Shown: piece by piece, positions 1-9,275 of the stretch | Layout: every line of letters starts with the position of its first letter | How positions within the stretch are numbered: position 1 is the stretch's first letter | IMG/VR virus record: IMGVR_UViG_3300032242_000862 | Location: 1-52,224 of that record | DNA length: 52,224 bases | Direction: 5' to 3' (one strand) | Origin: a virus | Lineage: Duplodnaviria > Caudoviricetes | Made by a program: the position numbers and the translations under genes | The notes under the pieces: generated by a model | What the model was told of the DNA's origin: nothing | The model's database searches: none | Seen by the model: the letters and a program-made list of their open reading frames with translations, nothing else

Positions 1-123
1 GTACTACGAGCGGATTGCACCGCTGAGTTCAACCAACCAAACCAACTGGCTGACACAAAACGCACCGAACGCCATGTTGTTCGGAACCTTGTTGCAGGCG
101 ATGCCGTTCCTGAAAAATGACCA
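1..123. repeat. Terminal direct repeat, copy 1 (circular assembly overlap)
   Basis: 1-123 is identical to 52102-52224 and lies within a gene that reads across the junction. Confidence 0.97.
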
Positions 124-226
124 GCGCACCATTTTCCAACAGAAGTACGCCGAGGCGCTCAAATCCTTGAAAGAGGAAGATGTGTCGCGCATTGGTGATC
201 GTCAAGCCGTTGCTGTGGACTCCTAA
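1..226 (+). CDS. 3' end of the head-tail adaptor-like protein that starts at 51689 and wraps the junction
   Basis: The frame continues ...YYERIAPLSSTNQTNWLTQNAPNAMLFGTLLQAMPFLKNDQR...AVAVDS to TAA at 224-226; the next ATG is at 229. Confidence 0.8.
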   Translation, partial: YYERIAPLSSTNQTNWLTQNAPNAMLFGTLLQAMPFLKNDQRTIFQQKYAEALKSLKEEDVSRIGDRQAVAVDS

Positions 227-228
227 TC

Positions 229-1449
229 ATGACTACATACACCAATCCCTACACGGGTTCCACCATCAGCCCATCGCAAGTGGGCTATGAAAACCTGACC
301 ATCACTGGCGATACCCTCTTGCAGTGGCCGATCAACGGAAACACTGACAGCGTTGTGGCCAACATCATTGAGGTCACGGCAACTGCCAACACCAACTTTA
401 AACTGATCATGCCGCCTGCGACATCCGTGTCCACAGGCCAGAGCGCATTGATTCGCAACATTGGCTCGTACAGGTTCACCGTAGTGGATTACGATGGCCA
501 TACGATTGTTGCAGTTGATTCAGGCATCGCTCAGTACATCTATGTAACCAGCAACGTTACAGTCGATGGAACATGGGGTACGGTCCAGTTTGGAGCAGGT
601 ACATCTGCCGCCAATGCGGCGACACTGGCTGGATACGGCCTGACAGCCTTAAGCACCACGCTCAACACCTCAACAGCGGTCAGCACGTTCTCGTCGACCT
701 ACACGTTCTTGCCTTCTGATCGATCATCCATGTATGTATGGACTGGCGGTGCTGGCACTGTGACGATGCCTTCGGCGGTTGACGTCGGTGCGGGTTGGTT
801 TGTTGTCATCAAGAATGATGGAACAGGCATCCTGAACATTGCCCTGACTGGTACCAACACCATTGACGGCAACGTAAGCGCACAGTTGCAGCTTGCAGAG
901 TCGTTTGTGGTTGTGAGCAACGGCACAAACTACTTCAGCTATGCATACGGTCGGTCTGCAACATTCTTCTTTACCCAACTGGTAAAGAACGTGACTGGCG
1001 GCACAGTGACGCTGACATCGGCTGAAGCATCTGCGACCATCCAAGAGTATCAGGGCACACTGACCTCAAACTGCATTGTGATCTTGCCTCCAACCGTTCA
1101 GTTGTACTCGTTCCAAAACAAGACAACAGGCTCGTTCTCGTTAACCTTTAAAACAAGTTCAGTTGGGGCCTCAACAGTTGTCTTGCCGCAAGGTCAAACC
1201 ATCATTGCAATTTGTGATGGCACAAACGTTTACAACGCCCAGACATCAACATCGTCCACCATCAATGCCCTGACGATTGGCAACGGATCTGCGGCGTCAC
1301 CATCGTTGTCATTTTCGGGTGACGCAACAACGGGCTTGTACTTGGCCGCAAGTCACCAGCTTGGCTTTGCGGTGAACGGGGTCAACGGCGCAACCTTGAC
1401 GCAAACAGGTCTTCTGGTGCCCGTTGGCATCAATGCTGGGGCATTTTGA
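229..1449 (+). CDS. Virion tail structural protein (406 aa, Thr/Ser/Gly-rich beta repeats)
   Basis: Long ORF in the structural operon with three repeats of a TxTxP...G...xIxN type module, an AASPSLSFSGDATTGLY fibre-like motif and C-terminal GINAGAF. Confidence 0.7.
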   Translation: MTTYTNPYTGSTISPSQVGYENLTITGDTLLQWPINGNTDSVVANIIEVTATANTNFKLIMPPATSVSTGQSALIRNIGSYRFTVVDYDGHTIVAVDSGIAQYIYVTSNVTVDGTWGTVQFGAGTSAANAATLAGYGLTALSTTLNTSTAVSTFSSTYTFLPSDRSSMYVWTGGAGTVTMPSAVDVGAGWFVVIKNDGTGILNIALTGTNTIDGNVSAQLQLAESFVVVSNGTNYFSYAYGRSATFFFTQLVKNVTGGTVTLTSAEASATIQEYQGTLTSNCIVILPPTVQLYSFQNKTTGSFSLTFKTSSVGASTVVLPQGQTIIAICDGTNVYNAQTSTSSTINALTIGNGSAASPSLSFSGDATTGLYLAASHQLGFAVNGVNGATLTQTGLLVPVGINAGAF

Positions 1450-3467
1450 TGACGGCAAAAGTTATCGCACTACAGGTTGGAGCAGGCATCCAGCGGGATG
1501 GGACTCAGTTCGCATCTGGCACCTATGTAGACGGTAGATGGGTTCGCTTTCAGTATGGCCGTCCACGCAAGATTGGCGGGTACAACGGTGCGTTCTTGAA
1601 TGCTGCAGGCGCAAGTCGCGGCATGATCATGAGCGCACAGGACAACATCAACTACGTGATCTCTGGTTACAGCGATGGTCTCCAGCAGTGGACCACTGAC
1701 AGTGATGATGCAGTCGGTTTTGGACCAACCTCAATTGAGCCAGTTGGCTCTGTGTCGTCCATCACGACGACAGTTCAGGGCTCCGGATACACCAATGGAA
1801 CCTACACCAGCGTGCCGATCAATTCGGCAGCAGGATCTGGTTGCTTGGCCACTGTCATTGTTACGAGCAACCTTGTTTCCAGCGTTGCAATCACTGCTGG
1901 CGGTAGCGGTTACATCCACAATGCGGCAGTGACGATCAGTTCGGCCAGCATCGGTGGAACTGGCTCAGGCTTTGCCGGGTATGTTGCATCCCTGACAACA
2001 TTCAATCCCAACCCCAATACTTTGTGGCAGTTTGACATTGGTTACGACGCTTTGGGAAATGGCCAGAACAACCTGATTGCACACCCCGGCCAAAACCTAA
2101 ACGACATTTCCTCTACGGTTAACACACGGCCTCTGTTTGGCCCCTTTACAGGCCTTTCCTTGAGCCCTGTAGGCGTGTTTACGGCCACTGGTACCACCAC
2201 CAGCGGATCACCCACTGTGACCTTTGCGGCGACCAACGTTGCAATGGGTGCTGGCGTGAGCGTGAGCGGCCCCGGCATCCCAGCCAACACCACGATTGTG
2301 TCGGCTTTGATCGTTGCTGGTGTGTGGACCGTAACCCTGAGCAACAATGCAACAGCATCGGCCACTGTTTCATTGGTCTTTGACAACAACATCTCCGTGT
2401 CTGGCGGTGTTGTGATGCTGTTCCCGTACCTGTTTGTGTACGGCAACAACGGCTTGATTCAGAACTGCTCTGCTGGTGACTTCAGCAACTGGACATCGGC
2501 TGACTCAAACGCCAACAACGTGTCGTCCACCAAGGTGGTGAAGGGCCTGCCAGTTCGTGGCGGAACGACATCGCCTGCTGGCATTTTCTGGACACTGGAC
2601 TCGGTGGTGCGTGTGACGTACTCACCAACCACTGTGGGGAATCAGACCTTCTACTGGAAGTATGACCTGATCTCCCAGCAGTCATCCATCATGTCCAGCC
2701 AGTGCGTCATTGAGTATGACGGTATCTTCTATTGGGTGGGTACGGATCGATTCCTAAGCTACAACGGTGTCGTTCAGGAAGTCCCGAACACTCAGAACAA
2801 CAACTACTTCTTCGACAACTTGAACTATGCCCAGCGTCAAAAGGTCTGGGTGAGTAAGGTGCCACGTTGGGGTGAGATCTGGTGGTTCTTCCCTTCAGGC
2901 GACAGCACTGAGTGCAACGATGCCATCATTTACAACGTGCGTGAAAAGAACTGGTACGACGCAGGCAAGGCAATGGGTGCCCGTCGCTCTGCAGGTGTGT
3001 TCTCTGAAGTGTTCCAACGCCCGATCTGGGGCGGCAATGAGCAGAACACCACGGGAAGCTACACTTTGTGGCAGCATGAGAAGGGCAACAACTCGGTCTA
3101 CACCAACTACGTCAATGCCATTGAGTCCTACTTTGAAACCAACGTGATCGGCAGTCAGGCTGGCTTGATTGGATCAACTCAGCAAAGTGCCCAAAACCTC
3201 TGGACCCGCATCGAACGTATTGAGCCTGACTTCATTCAAAACGGTGACATGCAAGTCGTGATCACGGGCAAGTCCTATGCTGAAGACGTGGACGATCCTT
3301 CAGACCCTTACACGTTTGATGGAACCACACTCAAGATTGACATGAAAGAGCAGCGTCGTGAGATGCGTTTGCGTTTCATCAGCAACACCCAGAACGGTGA
3401 CTACTTCATGGGACGAATCCTGTTGAGTCTTGACACTGGCGACGTTCGCGGGACAGGGAATCCGTAA
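1449..3467 (+). CDS. Tail nozzle / DNA-stabilisation-like protein (P22 gp10 / tubular protein B-like) with inserted beta domains
   Basis: 672 aa; N-terminal DGRWVRFQYGRPRKIGG; beta-propeller-like region (GIFYWVG...FLSYNG, WGEIWWFFPS, IIYNVREKNWY); lies upstream of the ejected proteins. Confidence 0.65.
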   Translation: MTAKVIALQVGAGIQRDGTQFASGTYVDGRWVRFQYGRPRKIGGYNGAFLNAAGASRGMIMSAQDNINYVISGYSDGLQQWTTDSDDAVGFGPTSIEPVGSVSSITTTVQGSGYTNGTYTSVPINSAAGSGCLATVIVTSNLVSSVAITAGGSGYIHNAAVTISSASIGGTGSGFAGYVASLTTFNPNPNTLWQFDIGYDALGNGQNNLIAHPGQNLNDISSTVNTRPLFGPFTGLSLSPVGVFTATGTTTSGSPTVTFAATNVAMGAGVSVSGPGIPANTTIVSALIVAGVWTVTLSNNATASATVSLVFDNNISVSGGVVMLFPYLFVYGNNGLIQNCSAGDFSNWTSADSNANNVSSTKVVKGLPVRGGTTSPAGIFWTLDSVVRVTYSPTTVGNQTFYWKYDLISQQSSIMSSQCVIEYDGIFYWVGTDRFLSYNGVVQEVPNTQNNNYFFDNLNYAQRQKVWVSKVPRWGEIWWFFPSGDSTECNDAIIYNVREKNWYDAGKAMGARRSAGVFSEVFQRPIWGGNEQNTTGSYTLWQHEKGNNSVYTNYVNAIESYFETNVIGSQAGLIGSTQQSAQNLWTRIERIEPDFIQNGDMQVVITGKSYAEDVDDPSDPYTFDGTTLKIDMKEQRREMRLRFISNTQNGDYFMGRILLSLDTGDVRGTGNP

Positions 3468-3700
3468 TGGTCACCTACGATCCGCGCAACATGACTTGGG
3501 ACGAGTACGTCAAGCTGATGGCCGAACTTTTTGCAGGCAATCAGCTTGGGTATGTTCCAGAAGAAAGATGGAGAGACTGGGTGGCTGGCATGAACGGTAT
3601 CGGTTATTTTGTCCAATCAGGTGTGCCTGATCACCGTGGCTTTGACAACTGGCAAGATTGGGCACAGCAATTGACTGGGATCATGTCGCTTGCGACGTAA
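3467..3700 (+). CDS. Small Trp-rich virion-associated protein (77 aa)
   Basis: Coupled to the upstream stop (TAATG); WDEY/WRDW/WQDW repeats. Confidence 0.65.
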   Translation: MVTYDPRNMTWDEYVKLMAELFAGNQLGYVPEERWRDWVAGMNGIGYFVQSGVPDHRGFDNWQDWAQQLTGIMSLAT

Positions 3701-3709
3701 GGAATACAT

Positions 3710-6328
3710 ATGCCAATGATACCGGGTCGTTATGAACATGACCAACAAACAAACGAGTCTGTATGGGTGCCTGCTCATTGGGAGCAAGGCAATACTTCGT
3801 ATGGCTCTCAAGAAGAAGAACAAAAAGCCTCGGAAAAATTGAAATCCGAGCAAGAAGCTGCCGCACTGAAAAACTTCAAGCCTGATGAAAGCAGTTGGTC
3901 AAGCAAGTACATTGACCCAAAATCTGTGTACATCAATGGCTATGAGCAGAAAGCCACAGGAACGTATCGCACTGACCAAAACGGTGAGCCAGAGGCTGTA
4001 ACCGAAGACGACTTGAGCCGTCCAATTTATGCGGGTACGTTGAACATCAATGGCCAAAAATTTATTGGTACTTTCAATGCTGATGGCAAATTTGCTGGTG
4101 CCACTGGCGAACGGATCGACAATAATTTTCAACAGTGGCTCACGCCTGAAGGCAATTTAACAGCGTTAAAAATCAGCGATCCGGGCATGAGTATTGGCGA
4201 CTTCGCCAAGATGATTGCACCTTTGGCGATCAACCTTGCGTTCCCCGGCGCTGGCGCTGCAATTGGCGGTGCTTTAGGTGCTGGTGCTACATGGGCACCC
4301 GTTGTGGGCGGTGCTGTGATGGGCGGCGGTTTGGCTGGCCTGACTGGCGGCAACATCCTTCAAGGCGCAGTAATGGGCGGTCTTGGCGGTGCAAACAACG
4401 TTGGGATCGGAAGCACAGGTATCACTGTTGGCGATGCTCTGAAAGGCGTCAGGGCTGCTCAAGCATTGGGCAGTGGAAACATCCTTGGTGCATTGTCTTC
4501 AATTGCCAGTATGTCTGGTGTTGGAAACATCAAGATTGGCGACACTGGCTTCACGATCAATGAAGCGGCAAAAGACATCAACATTGCCAATGCGTTGATC
4601 AAAGGAAACTTGCCTGCCTTTTTGAATACGATGTCTGCGATTGCTAAGGCATCAAACAACACAGCAACATCTGTGTTGAATTCAGACAAGCCATTGAGCA
4701 AAGATGATCTTGAGAGTCTTGACCCTGATCAACGTGCTGCATACGATGCCAAGGGAACTGCTGGCCTGAAGGCGTACAACGAACAACAAAAAGCAAATTC
4801 TTGGGTTGACGAAAATACCAGCCAGAATGAAATAGATCGTCTGATTGCGCTGCACCCAGCACAGCAAACTGAGCAACCAACTGTTGAGCAGCCACCTTCT
4901 GGTGGTTTGCCACCTGTTGAGACGGTGCATGTTGGCTCTAACGTTCCCAACCAAAACGTTGATTTGAGCAATGCAACACCATCACCTACTGGTGGTCTTC
5001 CTACAAGCTCAACACCAGCCATTGAAACGGTGAATGTCACAGCGCCGTCAGACAAACTTGTTGATCTGACTGATCAGACTCCTCCGACACGCAGCCTCAC
5101 TCCTTCTACTCAAACACCACCTTTGGGTACGATCAGAGTGACTGCTCCTAAGTGTGAGCCGGGTTATCATTTTGATGAGGAAGTTGGGGCTTGCGTTCCT
5201 GATGAGGCCGCGCTTCCACCCGTACAAACAACAACACAACCTACACCTACAAACCCCAAAGACCCCGTAGTTCCTGACGAAATTGTCATCACGGCAACAA
5301 AAAACCCGATTGACTTGAGCACCGTCAATGACGCAACAGTCACGACAACGCCATTGACGCCACCAGCTATTACACAAACTCCTGTCGCAACGACAAAAAC
5401 ACCAACGACAAGCAGTTCAAAAAGCTCCAGCGGCTCAGGTTCTTCGTATGCTGACATGAAGCTGAACGAATATGAGAAGTTCTTGAAGGGTATTTACAGC
5501 CCTGAAAAGCTGGCTCACTTGGCATCATTGCATCAGCTATTCAAGTCTTTGACGCCAGACATGCAAGAGGTTTTGGCTGCAAAGAACATTGTTCCACCAT
5601 CGATGCTGGATTCAGGATCATCACCACAAGAAAATTCGACTATGAACGAAAAAGACTATGCGACTGTTTTTTCAGCGTCTGGTGGATCAATTGCCAGTGA
5701 CATGGCCAAAATGATCAACGACATGAACCCAAAGTACGAACGAGCACCCACCATGCTGGCAGCAGCGCCTGTGAATCAGAGCCCATCGCCACTTGGTACG
5801 CTCAAACACATTCGCCAAGGCCCTCTGAAGGGCGCAGGACTGTCTGGAGGGCTGGCCCATGGGGGTCTGCCCCATAAGTACGCTGAAGCGGCTCCAAAGG
5901 GCCATAATCCCGAATTCATCACTGGGGTGACTGGTTACTACGCCCAAGGCGGTGGAACTGGCCAGTCGGACGACATCCCCGCCATGTTGCACGATGGCGA
6001 CTTCGTGATGGATGCCGACACTGTAGCGGCTTTGGGCGACGGCTCCAGCAAGGCAGGTGCTGAGGTGCTCGAGAAGATGCGCACCAGCCTGCCTCACCAC
6101 AACACCCCCGGCACTGGTCACCCCGTGCCTGCCCAGATTGCTGATGGTGAATATGTGTTCCCAGCGGCCTTTGTCACGGCCATCGGTGGTGGCTCAAACA
6201 AGCTGGGGGCCAAGCGCTTGAATGAAATGCGTGAGAAAATCAGGGCACACAAGCGGTCAGCACCCGACTCGAAAATTCCACCCAAGGCTAAGAGCCCCTT
6301 GGATTATCTGAAAATGGCGAAAGGTTAA
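3710..6328 (+). CDS. Internal virion / ejection protein (872 aa): Gly-rich membrane segment, P/T-rich linker, duplicated C-terminal SDDIPAML-DG-[DE]FV-type motif
   Basis: AAGGA RBS; Gly-zipper hydrophobic stretch; GTGQSDDIPAMLHDGDFV and VPAQIADGEYV resemble the motif found at the C-terminus of tape-measure and ejection proteins. Confidence 0.65.
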   Translation: MPMIPGRYEHDQQTNESVWVPAHWEQGNTSYGSQEEEQKASEKLKSEQEAAALKNFKPDESSWSSKYIDPKSVYINGYEQKATGTYRTDQNGEPEAVTEDDLSRPIYAGTLNINGQKFIGTFNADGKFAGATGERIDNNFQQWLTPEGNLTALKISDPGMSIGDFAKMIAPLAINLAFPGAGAAIGGALGAGATWAPVVGGAVMGGGLAGLTGGNILQGAVMGGLGGANNVGIGSTGITVGDALKGVRAAQALGSGNILGALSSIASMSGVGNIKIGDTGFTINEAAKDINIANALIKGNLPAFLNTMSAIAKASNNTATSVLNSDKPLSKDDLESLDPDQRAAYDAKGTAGLKAYNEQQKANSWVDENTSQNEIDRLIALHPAQQTEQPTVEQPPSGGLPPVETVHVGSNVPNQNVDLSNATPSPTGGLPTSSTPAIETVNVTAPSDKLVDLTDQTPPTRSLTPSTQTPPLGTIRVTAPKCEPGYHFDEEVGACVPDEAALPPVQTTTQPTPTNPKDPVVPDEIVITATKNPIDLSTVNDATVTTTPLTPPAITQTPVATTKTPTTSSSKSSSGSGSSYADMKLNEYEKFLKGIYSPEKLAHLASLHQLFKSLTPDMQEVLAAKNIVPPSMLDSGSSPQENSTMNEKDYATVFSASGGSIASDMAKMINDMNPKYERAPTMLAAAPVNQSPSPLGTLKHIRQGPLKGAGLSGGLAHGGLPHKYAEAAPKGHNPEFITGVTGYYAQGGGTGQSDDIPAMLHDGDFVMDADTVAALGDGSSKAGAEVLEKMRTSLPHHNTPGTGHPVPAQIADGEYVFPAAFVTAIGGGSNKLGAKRLNEMREKIRAHKRSAPDSKIPPKAKSPLDYLKMAKG

Positions 6329-6330
6329 CC

Positions 6331-7629
6331 ATGGCAAACTTGCTTCAGTCATCACAAACGCAAGCCACCACGGCACCGGATTACTACAACAATTACCTGA
6401 GTAATCTGGCGACCGCAGGAACAAAAGCGGCAGAGAACGCCCAGTACGTTGGAGCCCAGCCTCTGCAGCAGCAAGCGTTCGACATGACCAAACAGAATGT
6501 CGGTCAGTTCCAAACGCCTGTTAATCAAGCCATCGGTTTGGCCAATCAAGCAGGGCAAACGAATGTTTTGGGCGCTGCGAACCCATATCTACAAGGTGCT
6601 TCGGCAAGCGGCGGTCTGAATGCGGCTGCACCTTACATTCAAGCTGGCTCTCAGTACAACGCAGCGACTGCAGCACAGCCTTACCTCAACCAAGCGGCAA
6701 CAAGCGGCGGTCTGAGTCAAGCCAACCCATACCTGCAACAGGCCACACAAAGCCCTGCAGAGATGGCGCAGCAGTACATGAACCCGTACATCAAGAATGC
6801 GGCTCAGAGCGTATCGGACATTGCCCAGCGCAACATCCAGCAAAACTTGACGCCAGCGGCCACAGCAGCCGCTGTTGGTTCTGGTCAGTTTGGCTCACAG
6901 CGCGGTGCTCAGGTGCAAGGCCAGATCCAAGCCCAAGCAAACCAAGACCTGAACAATACTTTGTCTCAGATGTTGTCGACTGGTTACGGTCAAGCACTGA
7001 CTGCTGCAGGAAATCAAAACCAGTTGCTGGGTCAATTGGGTAACACTGCAGGCACCTTGGGCCAACAGCAAGCATCGTTGCTTGGCCAACTGGGATCGAC
7101 GGCAGGTCAGATGTCTTCTCAGCAGGCTCAAAACCTCATCAATGCTGGCAACGTCAGCGGCACGCTGGGTCAACAGCAAGCCAACTTGCTCGGCCAATTG
7201 GGATCGACCGCAGGCAACTTGGCCACTCAACAAGGCCAGTTGCAAAACACTGCAGCGCAGAATCTGGGCACGTTGGGTCAGACTGGTCAGAACATGAGCC
7301 TTGCGGACATCAATGCTCTGTCCACCATGGGTGGCCAACAGCAGACGATTGCTCAGAACGCACAAAACTATCCTCTGAGCAACCTGTCAACACTGTCTGG
7401 CCTGATCAGGGGTTACAACATCCCAACATCAACAAAGACAACTGCCGAAGGTTCTCCACTGTCTGCACTGGCTGGCTTGACCACTGGTGCTGCTGGTTTG
7501 TTCACGCCGGGAGCAAATGGTGTTACACCATGGGCAGGCTTGAGCGATGCATTGAGCAATCTGAAAGGCACTGTGTCTAATTGGTTTGCCCCAAACCCTT
7601 CAGATTCAACCAATGATGGCGTCTTCTAA
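6331..7629 (+). CDS. DNA-transfer / pilot-like ejection protein (432 aa, Q/A/G-rich repeats)
   Basis: YMNPY and GQFGSQR motifs typical of podovirus pilot proteins; tandem LLGQLG[SN]TAG and A[ANQ]PYL repeats. Confidence 0.65.
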   Translation: MANLLQSSQTQATTAPDYYNNYLSNLATAGTKAAENAQYVGAQPLQQQAFDMTKQNVGQFQTPVNQAIGLANQAGQTNVLGAANPYLQGASASGGLNAAAPYIQAGSQYNAATAAQPYLNQAATSGGLSQANPYLQQATQSPAEMAQQYMNPYIKNAAQSVSDIAQRNIQQNLTPAATAAAVGSGQFGSQRGAQVQGQIQAQANQDLNNTLSQMLSTGYGQALTAAGNQNQLLGQLGNTAGTLGQQQASLLGQLGSTAGQMSSQQAQNLINAGNVSGTLGQQQANLLGQLGSTAGNLATQQGQLQNTAAQNLGTLGQTGQNMSLADINALSTMGGQQQTIAQNAQNYPLSNLSTLSGLIRGYNIPTSTKTTAEGSPLSALAGLTTGAAGLFTPGANGVTPWAGLSDALSNLKGTVSNWFAPNPSDSTNDGVF

Positions 7630-7639
7630 GGAATAAATC

Positions 7640-9265
7640 ATGGCAGAACAAACTACAGGTGGCTTGCAGTCAATTCTTGATCCCAAGAACTATCCTATCT
7701 ATGACCGTCCAGAAGGTGGCACACCTACCTATGAGCAAGCTGGTCAGGACATCCTGAAGTCGCTCGAGCAACGCTATGCCCAACCAAACTGGTTTAAGGT
7801 CGCTGCAGGCTTTCTGAAGCCCCAACTTGGCGGTTTTGCTGCGTCCCTTGGATCGGCGTCAGAAGCATTGGCTGAGAACATCGAGCAACAGCGTGCCATG
7901 GCTTTGCCAATCGCAGAGGTACGTGCCAAACTGGCCCAAGGCCAAGCCATCATGGCTCAACACGTCCCTGTGGCTGATGAGATCAAAAAATGGCACACAG
8001 AGCATCCAAATGAGATGCCCACCCCCGGATTGGTTGCACACTGGGCATCCAAGGCACCTGACCTGCCTGCAGTGAAGCAGTTGCTTACCCAGCAAGAACT
8101 GGCTCAAAAGAATCAATCTTTGTTGGCCACACAGCAAGCAACAGAAATGAAGTTGTTGGCCGAACAACGAGCCAATGGTGACATCAGCGCAGAACAATAC
8201 AGAAGTGCCTTGGCAGCATTGCAAAATCGTTTGGGCGGCATGGCGTCTTCGCCAAAAGGTCCAACTCAAACAGAGGCTCAAGTTACTGCACCTGCTGCAC
8301 CCACAACAATGACTGCGCCTGCCATCCAAACGGCATCAGTCGAAAAGTTCGACTTGAGCGGTCCCGGTCGAGTAGATGCGGTCAAACAAGCCATCAACAA
8401 TCTCAAAGATCCAATTCAACGTGACTTGGCTATGAGGGCTTTGGAAGCACAGTTAAATCCCAATAATGTAAAAACTGAAACGGCAAAGCTCCCGGTTGAA
8501 CCAGCACCTGCAAAGAAAGCTGCTGAACCAGTGTTTGATACATCAAAATTTGAGATCAAGCCATCGTTCCATGCCGATCAACTTAACCCACGAGCAGTGA
8601 CTGAAGTAGAGAAGGCCAACAACGCACGTATTCTTGCGGGTGCCGATCTTCTTGAAGGTGTGAAGAAAAAACAATTTGAAAACCTGCAAATCGTTAATGA
8701 ACCAGTTGCGTTCAATACCGCAAAGGATGCAAACACTGCGGTTTTGGATGCGTTGGACAAATACCCAGAAAAAGCAGTGGCTACAACCAACATGCTTCGT
8801 CGAGCAGGTCCATTGGCATCTGCGTTGGCAAAAGGATTCGGTATCAATTTTGGCCCCTACGGTGTCCATGTTCGTGCTGAGGGCTTGGTGCCTGCTTTGT
8901 ATGCCAATCTCAAACCAGATGAGCAAGCATACCAAGATGCATTGTTGAACAACATTGCTCGAAGTGTGTACTACGATTTGAAAAGCCGTGGCATTGATCC
9001 TGAAAAAGAAGGCGCTGAAAAATTTGGTCAGCGCATGATGCAAGAAACTCATATTGAGCAAGGGCCTGCCGCTATTCATCGTGCAATTGCTCAAAACAAC
9101 ATTCGTTTGCAACACAATGCAAAGGTCTTTTCAACTTTGAGTAATTTATATCCAAAAGCAATTGCTGCTGGTTCATTGACTCCATTGCACGACATTCAAA
9201 TGCAACACCCTGAAATCAAGGTTTTGAATGGATTGCTTCAAAAACAGCTAAAAGAAGCCAACTAA
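7640..9265 (+). CDS. Probable ejection (internal virion) protein (541 aa)
   Basis: TAAGGA RBS; amphipathic NWFKVAAGFLKP..GGFAASLG segment followed by a helical region; operon position. Confidence 0.6.
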   Translation: MAEQTTGGLQSILDPKNYPIYDRPEGGTPTYEQAGQDILKSLEQRYAQPNWFKVAAGFLKPQLGGFAASLGSASEALAENIEQQRAMALPIAEVRAKLAQGQAIMAQHVPVADEIKKWHTEHPNEMPTPGLVAHWASKAPDLPAVKQLLTQQELAQKNQSLLATQQATEMKLLAEQRANGDISAEQYRSALAALQNRLGGMASSPKGPTQTEAQVTAPAAPTTMTAPAIQTASVEKFDLSGPGRVDAVKQAINNLKDPIQRDLAMRALEAQLNPNNVKTETAKLPVEPAPAKKAAEPVFDTSKFEIKPSFHADQLNPRAVTEVEKANNARILAGADLLEGVKKKQFENLQIVNEPVAFNTAKDANTAVLDALDKYPEKAVATTNMLRRAGPLASALAKGFGINFGPYGVHVRAEGLVPALYANLKPDEQAYQDALLNNIARSVYYDLKSRGIDPEKEGAEKFGQRMMQETHIEQGPAAIHRAIAQNNIRLQHNAKVFSTLSNLYPKAIAAGSLTPLHDIQMQHPEIKVLNGLLQKQLKEAN

Positions 9266-9275
9266 GGAGAATCGC

